A stretch of 64,000 nt of DNA. It comes from Raja brachyura. Its lineage: Eukaryota. Below are positions 38,084 through 49,540 of this stretch, piece by piece (the first letter of the stretch is position 1; every line of letters begins with the position of its first letter). Below the pieces are notes generated by a model. It was not told the origin of the DNA and made no database searches. It saw nothing but the letters and a program-made list of their open reading frames with translations. The DNA is taken from NCBI GenBank assembly GCA_963514005.1, contig OY740791.1, positions 39,866,001 to 39,930,000 on the forward strand. The letters run 5' to 3'. Position numbers and translations under genes: made by a program.

Positions 38084-40300
38084 CACGATGCGTGATGAAC
38101 GACGTGGGGTCACCAGTGTAGTGGCCTGGTCAAGGTCAGGAAACGACCGAACGCCAGGCAGATTCGAAAGGAGCTTTTTAATTCTTACCGCTCGAGAGCA
38201 CACAAGGACACCTTATCTCTAACCGCTCGAGAGCACACCAGGACACCCTTATCTCTACCCCTGGAGAGTCTCAACAGCAAACCCCGTAGCAGACCAACGC
38301 CCCTGTCCTTCCATCGGCGAGGGGGATGATCCAAGGAGTGGCCTACCCCCCAGGGACTGCCACACCTTACTGTTGATGAAACGCAGTGAGCAAACGTGAT
38401 AATTCACAATATTTTCAATTCCGATATATGCACGGCCAATGTTCGCCAAGCACTTTAGCTGTTGTTGTCCCTTCAGCTCTCGCTTCTCTTTACCTTCATT
38501 TCGCTTCACTTTTGGAATTCTGAAGTTGGGTACGTGTCTCTCACACTTACCCCAACTTCCACAATTTTTTACAGCGCAAAAATTCAACATTTTGGTGGTT
38601 TTTAACAGGTAGGAAAGTACGCGTTTCTTGTATTAATAACATATGCCGGAAGTTACGGATGTCCTCCAGATGCATTGAGCGGCTCCGTGCATCAAGCCCT
38701 ATGACCCAGTGACCTTACGTGCAACCCCACTATAATTTCAATCTTGATATCTGCACGGCCAATGTTCACCAACCTCTTTAGCTGTTGTTGTCCCTTCAGC
38801 TCTCCGTTCTCTCTACCGTCATTTCTCCTCACTTTTGGAATTCTGAAGTAGGATAAATGTCTCTCACAATTACCCTGATTTCCACAATTATTGACAATAA
38901 ATGACAATTTCAGCGGTTTATAACGGGTAAGAAAGTATGCGTTTCGTGTATTAACAGTATATGCCGCAAGTGTCCATGTACTCCACATGGATTGAGCTGC
39001 TCCGTGCGTCACGCCCTTTGACCCGATTACCTTACGTGCAACCCCCGCTATAGAGAGGTTTCATGGCAGTCGGGTCACAACCCAAGACCCGTACAGTTGC
39101 TACGCTACACTAAGTGGAGTACACGCGATGAACTGCAGGTAAGCACTTATCATTGTTTCCAGCGCAGTGGCCCGTTAAAACCCGCCGAAATTGTCAATTT
39201 TTGCGCTGTAAATAATTATGGAAATCGGGATAAGCATGAGAGACATTTAGCCTACTTCAGAATTCCAAAAGTGAGGAGAAATGACGGTAAATAGAAGCGA
39301 GAGCTGAAGGGACAACAACAACCAGAGTGCTCGGCAAACATTGGCCGTTTGCTCACTGCATTTCATCAACTAAGGCATTATTTGTGTTTTTTCTTGATTC
39401 CTTTAGCATCTAAAAAGTTTCAGAAGTGATACATCTGGCTGTAACATTTTAAAATCGCCCATGATTCTCGTGGGTTTTTAGATACAAAAAGAAAACGCCT
39501 ATGAAGCAAAATTTACAGCCAGATTTATCACTTCTGAGACTTTTTAGATACCAAAGGAATCAAGAAGAAACACAAATAATGCCTTACTGTTGATGAAATG
39601 CAGTGAGCAAACGCGATAATTCACAATATTTTCAATTCCGATATCTGCACGGCCAATGTTCGCCAAGCACTTTAGCTGTTGTTGTCCCTTCAGCTCTCGC
39701 TTCTCTTTACCTTCACTTCGCTTCATATTTGGAATTCTGAAGTTGGGTACTTGTCTCTCACGCTTACCCCGACTTCCATAATTTTTCACAGCGCAAAAAT
39801 TCAACATTTTGGCGGAATTTAACAGGTAGGAAAGTAAGTGTTTCTTGAATAAATAACAAATACCGGAAGTTACGGATGTCCTCCAGATGGATTGGAGGCT
39901 CCGTGCGTCAAGCCCAATGACCGAATGACCTCACGTGTAACCCCCCTATATGCCGGAAGCTGCCATGTACTCCACATGGATTGAGTTGCTCCATGCGTCA
40001 CTCCCTTTGACCCGATGAACTTACGTGCAACCCCCCCCCCCCCCCCCCCTCCCCATATCCCTGGAACCTGTCGATCTGCTCCCCGCTCTTCTGCACAAGA
40101 GGCAGCTCAACCCACTCGCATATTCTTCGAACCTGGGAGAAAACCAGAACACGAGGGGAAACTGGTGGAGAACCTGCGAACTCCACACAGGTGGCACTGG
40201 AGGTTCGGATCGCACCTGGGTCAGACAGCTGTGAGGAAACTTTGTCAACAGCAACATCGTTGCGACACCAGAAATGAGACAGAAATATTGAGCTGCTTAC

Positions 40301-40648
40301 CATCCAAAACCAGGAGATTCAAATTCACTTTCACATCATTAAACGGTCCAGGGATCTCCACACGGCAGCAATACCAGCCGCCGTCTTCTTTCCGGGGCTG
40401 CTTCATCGTGAGCGACACGTCTCCTTGCTCAATGTTACCACCAAGCTGATATTTCTCGGATCCTGCTGAAGTTACTGTTGCTCCGTTTGTTTTAATCAGT
40501 TCAGCTCTACAGCCCGAGTAAGGGCACTCTCCCCGACCCCAGCACATCGCAGTTTTACCATACTTTCGGACAGAGTAGTGGCACGGCAGAGTGATCGCCT
40601 GTCCCGGGTATCCTCGCACTGGTGATCCGGTGACAAGGGCCACTCGAC
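40301..40648 (-). CDS. IgV exon of a TIM/HAVCR-family receptor (TIM-1/TIM-4-like)
   Basis: Six-Cys TIM signature LPCHY...MCWGRGECPYSGC...GDVSLT...YCCRVEIPGPFND; acceptor ctgtttcag|GT and donor GAT G|gtaagc; 348 bp, phase 1 to 1, no stops. Confidence 0.95.
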
Positions 40649-42619
40649 CTGAAACAGTCCGGGAAAAGACAGTTATAGCCGGCGCTGAGTGATGAGATGG
40701 GAAGTGGCCACAGTGTGACAACCCGTCCCAGCGCTGAGAAAATGAGCCCGTTACCGCTGGCGGCAATTGGGAATATTGTGAAAGGGTTTCTATTTATCGG
40801 GATGTGCGTATTGCAGGCAGATCCAGTATTTACCCCCCAACCCCATTTTATCCCAGGGTAAGTGGTGGCGAGCGGCCGTCTCCAATCGCTGCATTTCTGT
40901 AGCAGCTTTGACACAACCGGTCGGCTTGTGAAGCAATTTCAGGGACGGACACGGGGACATATGGGACAGGGACTGACACACATTGTGTTCCCTGAATGAC
41001 TCATGGGAAGCAAATATTTTCCTCTCTTGACATTTTGTTCACATTTCATTTCATTCGATTCCAAACTCCCCGGGTAGGACCGGAACAAACAATTCGGACC
41101 ACAGCTCCAGCCTTTGGTCTATTTGTCGTTAACAAACCCATCGAGCTGCCAAAACCAGTGGAACAGATTCGGAGCCGAATATCCTCAATGCCGTCAGATC
41201 AGCGCCGACCTGAACTTCAACTCCAACCCCGTTAGTTCACCCCTCGCCCTTCTCAACTCCAGGGGATGGAGCCCGTCCTCACGATCAGACCCGGCATCAC
41301 TCGGTGACTCGGCTGGACCCCCTCGGGCCCCTCGGTTACGCACAGACAGACACATCTCACTTACTGCATTCCAGGGAGTTTGAATAACACGATTTGACAA
41401 AACAATTCAATTCCTGACTCGGAAACGTACCTAAAATAAGAGATACTACGATCAAATGAGCCACACCACCAGTAACAACCATCGCGCTGGAGTAACTCAG
41501 CGGGTCAGGCAGCTTCTCTGGAGAGAAGGAATAGGTGACGTTCCGGGTCGGGCCCCTTCTTCAGACTCGAAGGCACTGTCACGGCCGCTCTCTGACCTGT
41601 TGCTGGGCCACATCCTGTCCTGTGGCTGTTGCTTCCTACTCGACGAGGACACGAGTTTGCTTCGCAGTATTGTTAACCAACACCCCGGTGAATTGAGGCA
41701 AATTATATCAGCCACTCGGTTCCTGCTCTGGCGTTACATCAATGTCCAACGCGCATAAATTACAACCTCCTTCAGCGTTGCTGTCAGTTTAGATCCTCAG
41801 ATCACTGGTGACAAAATGCACCGAGCAGATCTCGTGTCTGTCCTGTGCAGTAGCAGCAGGAGAAGTGGAAATGTTGCCAAGTGCCGGACTGGCTGGGTCG
41901 CTGCTCCACCTGAGTCCTGGGATTTAGTGCCACTTTTCAATGTTTTATTTGTGAAGAGATGGCGATGAAATGGGGAGAAAGCGAGAGTCTCCGGGCATTT
42001 TGTGTCTCCGGGAGACTGAGATAGCATTTTCATAATCATACTTAATTAGCCAAGTATGTTTTGCAACATATGAGGAATTTCATTTGCCATATAGTCATAC
42101 CAATAAAAAGCAACAGAACACACAAAATACATTTTAACATAAACATCCACCACAGTGACTTCTCCACATTCCTCACTGTGATGGAAGGAGAAAAAAAGTT
42201 ACATTTCTTCCGCGTCTTTGGTCTTCCGCAGTCGGGGGCCTCAAGCCTACCGTTGACGGGATGATCTTGGCTCCCTTAGCCAGTGGTCGGGCCCTCCGCA
42301 TCGGGGCAATCAAGCTCCTGCATCGGGGGGGGGGGGGGGGGATCTCAGCTCCCCCGCGACGGGCGATCTGACCCCGGGTCGGGGCTGGTGTGAGCTCCTC
42401 GATGGTGAAATCTGCAGTTGGAGCGTCGATCCCAGGCAAGGGATTGGCTCCAATGGTAAGTCCACATCCCCGTCTGTTTCTATTATCATTCCATTATCAT
42501 TATCATTAACGGTTTCATTCTGCACACCCTGTACAACACTGGAGTCTCTAAACTGGAATAATGTGAGCCCCAAACCTGGTTTATCCTGGGCTGTTGTTAT
42601 AACCATGACATTAGAAGTG

Positions 42620-43270
42620 GTAATACAAGTGGATATAGTGGTAAAGAAGGCATCTGATATGCTTGTTTTCATAGGTTGGGGCATTGAGTATAAGAGTCAA
42701 GAGTATAAGATGTAACTTTCCAGAACTTTGGCTGGACTGCATTTAGAGTATTGTGTGCATTGCTAGTTGTCCCTGTGACAGGAGGGACGTGGAGGCTTTG
42801 GAAAGGATGCAGAGGAGATTTACCAGAATGATGCCAGAATGATCAGGAGGTTTTAGCTGCTGGGAGAGGTTGGACAAACTTGGATTATTTTCTGTGCAAC
42901 ACTGGCGATTGCGGGCAGAGATGATAGAAGTATGACCAATATGAGGTGTAGATAGGGTGGATGGTCAGAATCTCTCTCCCAGGTTGGTAAAATCAAATAC
43001 TGCAGGGCATAGTATTAAGGTGAGAAGGGCAAAGTTTAAAGGAGATTTGCAGGGCAAGTTTTGTACACAAAGATGGTGAGTACCTGGAATGCGCTGCTGA
43101 AGGTAAAGGTTGAAGCACATACGTTAGTGGTATTTAAGAGACTTTCGGATAGGCATTTGGATATACAGGGGATGGGGGGATATGGTTTATGTGCAAGTAG
43201 ACGAGGGTTGGTCTTGGCATCATGTTTGGCTCAGACGTTGTGCTGACCTGTTACATGTTCTATGTTCTAT
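42620..43270 (+). mobile_element. Decayed CR1 3' half
   Basis: Recognisable VVKKA, RRFTRM and STWNAL segments; (atgttct)n tail. Confidence 0.7.
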
Positions 43271-43949
43271 GACTGATCCCTGTGCTGGGGTCAGACCCAG
43301 GTTCTCTTGGATATGAAAGTGGGTGTATCAGGTACATGGTGCACTCCACCCCCACTCCCCCACCCCCACTCCCCCAGGCAGCTCACTGCTAAAGATTAGC
43401 TGAATATCAGATCAGCAAGTAGGGGAATTGATTGGGAGATGAACGGCAGAGGTGTGAGGAATAAGTGGTGTGAGGTGAGTGAGGAATTGGGGAAGTAATC
43501 GAAAGTGTGAGGATTGAGAGAAGTAGATGATCCACGATGATAAGTTGAAGGAGTCCAAAGAGACTGCAGAACAAAACAATGGATTTGGTTTTGAGAGCCA
43601 TTCAATTTCCTTTGAGGTGAAACAACATGTCAAGCTGTGAAATGTGATGTGGGGATGATCACGGGGATCTCAATACAGAGAAGCAAAGGGAGATGAGGAG
43701 GAGTTTTGGGAAAAATCAGCAGGATTCAATCACAGTTGGCAACACTTTCTCCACAACACGTCAACAAAAATAAAACTTCTAAAACAGCAGCAGAGTAATG
43801 CTGGGTTTTCATTTGCACACTGCACTGGGTGGTGATGTGGAAGGTGGCATAGGGATAGCAGAAACAGTTACGCAATGGCTTCTTACGTCAGTATCATTGT
43901 CACATTGCTGGGGTCAAAAAGGAAACCTTGTGTTTACATGAACAAACAT

Positions 43950-44400
43950 TTCATAAGTGACAGAAGCAGAATTAGGCCATTCTGCCCATCAAGTCTACTC
44001 TACCATTTAATCATGGCTGATCTATCTTTTCCTCTTAAACCCATTCTCCTGCCTTCTCCCCATAACCCCTGACACCTGCACTAATCAAGAATCTACCTAT
44101 CTCTGCTGTAAAAAATATCCATTGACTTGCCCCACAGCCTTCTATGGCAATGAATTCCACAAATTCACCACCCTCTGATTAAATAAATTCCTCTGCATTT
44201 CCTTCCAAAAGGTACGTTCTTTTATTCTGAGGCTACGACCTCTGCTCCAAGACTCTCTCACAAGTGGAAACATTCTCTCCACATCAACTCTATCCAGGCC
44301 TTTCAATATTCAGTAAGTTCCAATGAGGTCTAAACTACAGCGAGTAAAGGTCCAGTGCCGTCAAATGCTCAACATATGTTAACTTACTCATATCTGGATC
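43950..44400 (-). mobile_element. Decayed CR1 3' fragment
   Basis: Similar to 6850-7145 and 8275-8430. Confidence 0.7.
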
Positions 44401-46259
44401 AATCTCTTGCAATTTAATACCACTCTCCAAACATAGCAAACATAACCCATCTCTGTGGATCCCTTCATTGACCTTGTAGCATCAGTTTTTGTACACTTCC
44501 AGGTTTTCTATATTTTATAAAATTACATACCTGCTGTAGGAGGACATTTTAGCTTTATACATGTACCCTGGATCTGGCTTTGCTTGGGACCTTGCTCAGA
44601 TAGAAGGAGAAACAAATAAAATATCTCCTAGTGGTAGTTCCTAAAATAATTTGGTTTCTTGAAAGCTTAATAGTGCACACTGGGAAACAATCTGAGAGAA
44701 TTCAAAATGTTTCAGTGATTCACAGCACTCACAGCATTTTTATTTTCTCATGACACAATGGTTACTTGTGGAAGCTATATTTTTGAAATAATTCATAATT
44801 GATCAATGTCTCAGTAACCTTTCATCTTTGTCTTTCCCCCGTTATCTTTAACCTTATGTTCCCTGCTATTTACAAAACCCCTCTCTCTTTTGTCTAACAA
44901 CCCCAATGTTTATTTTACCTAAACTAGCTGTGCTGTGGAACATAAACACCATGATAAATCTATTTATTGCCTCACTAACATCCTTAAGTTTAGTTTAGTT
45001 TAGCTTAGAGATGCAGCTCGGAAACAGACACTTCAGCCCACCAAGTCCGCACCGACAAGCAATCCCGCAAATTAACATTATCCTACACAATCTTGGGACA
45101 ATTTTACACATACACCAAGCCAATTAACCTACGTACCTGCAGGCCTGTACAAAGCTTTCCAAAAAGGGTGGTGGCATGACAGGATTACAAAAAATCTAAT
45201 GTGAAATAATGTGTGCGCTGCGCACATCACGAGTGCGAAGCGTGAAGTCCCTCGATGCCAGGGTCCAGGAACTGCTTTAAGGGCCCTGGAAGCTCTGGGA
45301 TTTTAGATGCTCCCAGATGCATTCTGAGCCTTATTTTGGAGCATTTTTGCACCAAATTTATGACCAATATTTCAGAAATTAACAGGAATCTGAGAGGTAG
45401 CTTTTTCACACAAAGGGTGCTGGGTGTATGGAACGAGCTGCCAGAGGAGGTAGTTAAGGCTGGGACTATCCTAATGTTTAAGAGACATTCAGACACATAC
45501 ATGGATAGGACAGATTTAGCTGCTGCCTTGGGTGATGCAGATCAGGACACAAGCTTTGGGACACGGTGTGAAGCTGTTGCCGTCTGTCCCAGCCTGGTAA
45601 AAACCTGGATGGAATGGATGTGGAGAGGATGTTTCCACTAGTGGGAGAGTCTAGGACCAGTGGCCACAGCCTCGGAATTAAAAGACATTCATTTAGGAAG
45701 GAGATGACCAGGAAATTCTTAAGTCAGAGGGTGGTGAACTGTGGAATTCATTGCCACAGACAGCTGTGGAGGTCAAGTCAATGGACATTTTTCAGGAGGA
45801 GATTGATAGATGCCAAGAAAGAATAGCTAGAATTGTGGCATGGTGCCAAATCATAATATTTTGGATTACACTTCACATGACTCTGATCAGGGAACATATT
45901 TTACAGGGAAGGTGATTGAGGAGACTTCTCCTGAATGGCATAATATCTGTAGAGAGCTGGCAGTGCTGTAACCATCCTGGTAAGTGGATAGAATTTTACT
46001 GCAATTCTGCTTTGGGACAAAGTGGAAAAGCCTGGGGTATCTGGGAATAAGTCCCAAATTACAATGCACTGGCTATTTCAAACTCTAGACCAGCAGGCGT
46101 ATCTAGGTCATCTTTCAGCTGCTTCTTCGCCTTTACATGTTCAGTCCACTAGCAAGGAAATGCTTTAAAAAGATCAGCGTTTAAGCTGCTAGCAAACATA
46201 GTTGTGGTGCAGCAGTCAAACACACACTTTCAGTGTGCAAAAGTAAGAACAGGTTGTAA

Positions 46260-46990
46260 TCTTATGAGTTGCAAGTTACTGAAATGTATTCTGAGGGATA
46301 GGATATACAGGCATTTGGATTGGCAAGGTATGATTGGGGATAGTCAGCATGGTTTTATACTTGGGAGGTCGTGTCTCACAAATCTGCTTGATTTTATTGA
46401 AGGCGTAACCAAAAAGGTTGATGAGGGCAGAGCTGTAGATGTTGTGTACATGAACTTCTGTTAGGTGTTCGACAAGGTTCCGCATGGTAGGCTGCTCTGG
46501 AAAGTTAGATCACATGGCATCCAAGGAGAGAAAATAGCAAATTGGCTCCATGTGAGGAAACAGAGGGTAATGGTGGAAGGTTGCTTCGCAGACTGGATGC
46601 CTGCGACTAGTGGTGTTCCTCAGGGATCGGTGCTGGGCCTGTTACTGTTTGTCATCTACATCAATGATTTGGATGAGAACATACAGGGCAAGATTAGCAA
46701 GTTTGCTGATGATACAAAAGTTAGTGGTTTTGCAGATAGTGAAGATGGTTGTAAACAATTGCAGCAGGATCTGGATCGATTGGCCAGGTGGGTGGAGGAA
46801 TGGTTGATGGAATTTAATACAGAGAAGTGTGAGGTGTTGCATTCTGGGACATCGTACAAAGACAGGGCCTAAACAGTAAATGGTAAACCTCTGGGTAGTG
46901 TTGTAGAGCAGGGAGATCTTGGAGTACAGGTGCATGGTTCCTTAAAGGTCGAGTCACAGGTAGATAAGGTAGTCAAAAAGGCTTTTGGCA
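46260..46990 (+). mobile_element. CR1 RT fragment
   Basis: SQHGF...SCLTNL, FDKVPHGRLL, GVPQGSVLG, KFADDTK in ORFs 46204-46872. Confidence 0.9.
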
Positions 46991-47089
46991 CTTCGGTCAA
47001 TGGGTACAATGACAACACTGACCCATTAGCTACCCTCTAACTTTTAATATACTTGTAGAATATTTTATGATTCTCCTTTATCTAGAATT

Positions 47090-47282
47090 TACTCAGATAT
47101 AGGAAAACATGGACTTATTAAAGATAGTCAGCAAGGGTTTCTTTGTGTGAGGTCCCTTCTCACAAATTTGATACCATGTTTTTTGAGGAGCTGACAAAGA
47201 TGATTGATGAGGATAGGGCAATGGATGTTGTCTGCATCTACATTGGCCCTCATGGTAGGCTGATCCAAAAGATGAAGGCATA
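47090..47282 (+). mobile_element. Left half of a CR1 fragment split by the Helitron composite
   Basis: Ends HGRLIQKMKA-TA and continues in frame at 54841. Confidence 0.85.
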
Positions 47283-49449
47283 CTAGACCAAGTGCAGACC
47301 CGTTGGGTCTGTTCCCCCATCGCATGGTTGCGAGGGGAGGGTGCGGCCTGAGGCGTCATACACACACTAACCAACCTCACACACACACACACACTAAGCA
47401 CCCCCCCCCACACACACGCACACACACACTAACCACCCCATTGATGTTATATTAATATTATTAATTCACTCCTTTTACCCCATGCCCTGCCCTATCCACT
47501 CACACATAGCCCCCAATTCGCAGGCACGGAGAGGGAGACACGGAGGCACAGAGAGGGACACGGAGGCACACAGAGAGGGACACGGAGGCACACAGAGAGG
47601 GACACGGAGGCACACAGAGAGGGACACGGAGGCACACAGAGAGGGACACGGAGGCAGAGAGGGACACGGAGGCACACAGAGAGGGACACGGAGGCACACA
47701 GAGAGGGACACGGAGGCACACAGAGAGGGACACGGAGGCACACAGAGAGGGACACGGAGGCACACAGAGAGGGACACGGAGGCACACAGAGAGGGACACG
47801 GAGGCACACAGAGAGGGACACGGAGGCACACAGAGAGGGACACGGAGGCACACAGAGAGGGACACGGAGGCACACAGAGAGGGACACGGAGGCACACAGA
47901 GAGGGACACGGAGGCACACAGAGAGGGACACGGAGGCACACAGAGAGGGACACGGAGGCACACAGAGAGGGACACGGAGGCACACAGAGAGGGACACGGA
48001 GGCACACAGAGAGGGACACGGAGGCACACAGAGAGGGACACGGAGGCACACAGAGAGGGACACGGAGGCACACAGAGAGGGACACGGAGGCACACAGAGA
48101 GGGACACGGAGGCACACAGAGAGGGACACGGAGGCACACAGAGAGGGACACGGAGGCACACAGAGAGGGACACGGAGGCACACAGAGAGGGACACGGAGG
48201 CACACAGAGAGGGACACGGAGGCACACAGAGAGGGACACGGAGGCACACAGAGAGGGACACGGAGGCACACAGAGAGGGACACGGAGGCACACAGAGAGG
48301 GACACGGAGGCACACAGAGAGGGACACGGAGGCACACAGAGAGGGACACGGAGGCACACAGAGAGGGACACGGAGGCACACAGAGAGGGACACGGAGGCA
48401 CACAGAGAGGGACACGGAGGCACACAGAGAGGGACACGGAGGCACACAGAGAGGGACACGGAGGCACACAGAGAGGGACACGGAGGCACACAGAGAGGGA
48501 CACGGAGGCACACAGAGAGGGACACGGAGGCACACAGAGAGGGACACGGAGGCACACAGAGAGGGACACGGAGGCACACAGAGAGGGACAAGGAGGCACA
48601 CAGAGAGGGACACGGAGGCACACAGAGAGGGACACGGAGGCACACAGAGAGGGACACGGAGGCACACAGAGAGGGACACGGAGGCACACAGAGAGGGACA
48701 CGGAGGCACACAGAGAGGGACACGGAGGCACACAGAGAGGGACACGGAGGCACACAGAGAGGGACACGGAGAAGGGAGGGGGAAGAAGGGAGGGAGGAGA
48801 GGGGCCCAGCAGCCTTCGGCCTCAGAGTGAGCCTCAGCGCCGTGGCCTCGCATCATCGGCACTTCAGACCCCGAGTATGGGGGGGAGGGGTGGAGTGGGC
48901 GGGTGGGCATGATCCCGAGTGAGCCTGCGGGCCGGCAGCGAGAACGGCGAAAAGCAGCGGGGGAACCAGCCGATCTCTGGCTTCCGCCAGCGTGTATGGG
49001 GAGAGGAGGGGGGCGGTGGAGGAGTGCCGGGCGGCAGCAGGCGTTACCGTCGCGCGGGGCACGGGCGGGTCCAGCTGTGGGAGGAGTGGCGCAAGCGTAC
49101 TTGGAGCCAGAGGGGAGGGGGAGAGTGGAGGAGAGCCGGGCTGTCAAATGAAGAGAAAGGGAGAAGCGGCTTGGATTGGTCGCCATTTGGGCATTGTGAT
49201 GTCAGCAGCTGGTAAGAGCCGTTTAGATTTTAAAACTTGAGTTTTGTTTGAGTTTTGTGATCAATTGTACTCAAAATCTGAGGAAATAATTGACCAAGGA
49301 GTGGGTATGCAAATGTAACAGTAAAATCGCGAGCGAAATGGTAATAATCTCAGTGTTTTTGCGTCTGGTTTTCGCGGAGTAATGAATCAAAGGCAAAATC
49401 AAAGGCAAAATGACATACACACACACACAGAGTTGTAAAATTATATAGA
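47283..49449 (-). mobile_element. Non-autonomous Helitron H1, providing the 3' end of the composite
   Basis: 3' CTAG|T at 47283-47286; hairpin cagacccgttgggtctg at 47295-47311; 5' A|TC at 49449. Confidence 0.85.
47525..48770. repeat. 22-bp minisatellite (cacggaggcacacagagaggga)n, about 56 copies
   Basis: Directly visible near-perfect array inside H1. Confidence 0.98.
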
Positions 49450-49540
49450 TATATATCTCTATCTATCTATCTGTCTCAATATATATATTATATGTGCGTG
49501 TGTGTAGGAAGGAATATATATATATATATATATATATAGA

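Larger units (their letters stand above)
33234..38364 (-). mobile_element. Young Ty3/Gypsy LTR retrotransposon (CsRn1-like) in a three-LTR tandem arrangement
   Basis: 248-bp LTRs at 38117-38364 and 33852-34099, partial LTR 33234-33337; tRNA-Trp-like PBS tggtgacccc after both full LTRs; G-rich PPT at about 34100-34113; C-x2-H-x9-C-x3-C gag motif. Confidence 0.95.
32536..40030. repeat. Cluster of complete and partial copies of a roughly 0.9-kb foldback non-autonomous DNA transposon, interrupted by the Gypsy element
   Basis: Recurring termini ataggga(g/t)gtt(g/t)ca(c/t)g... (32536, 32838, 39049) and ttacgtgcaacccc (near 38715, 39032, 39932, 40021); long internal inverted repeats; single copy at 60978-62907. 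Confidence 0.75.

Noticed and set aside
40756-42039. TIM leader candidates (LATFPLLLLLL in ORF 41797-42039; a split MQNPFTIFPIAAS leader)
   Set aside because: The first lacks a suitable ATG and phase-1 donor; the second needs a weak acceptor. The leader is left unresolved.
47475-49186. Four long ORFs of 417-564 aa
   Set aside because: They are translations of a stop-free 22-bp minisatellite. The array has no spacers, so it is not CRISPR either.
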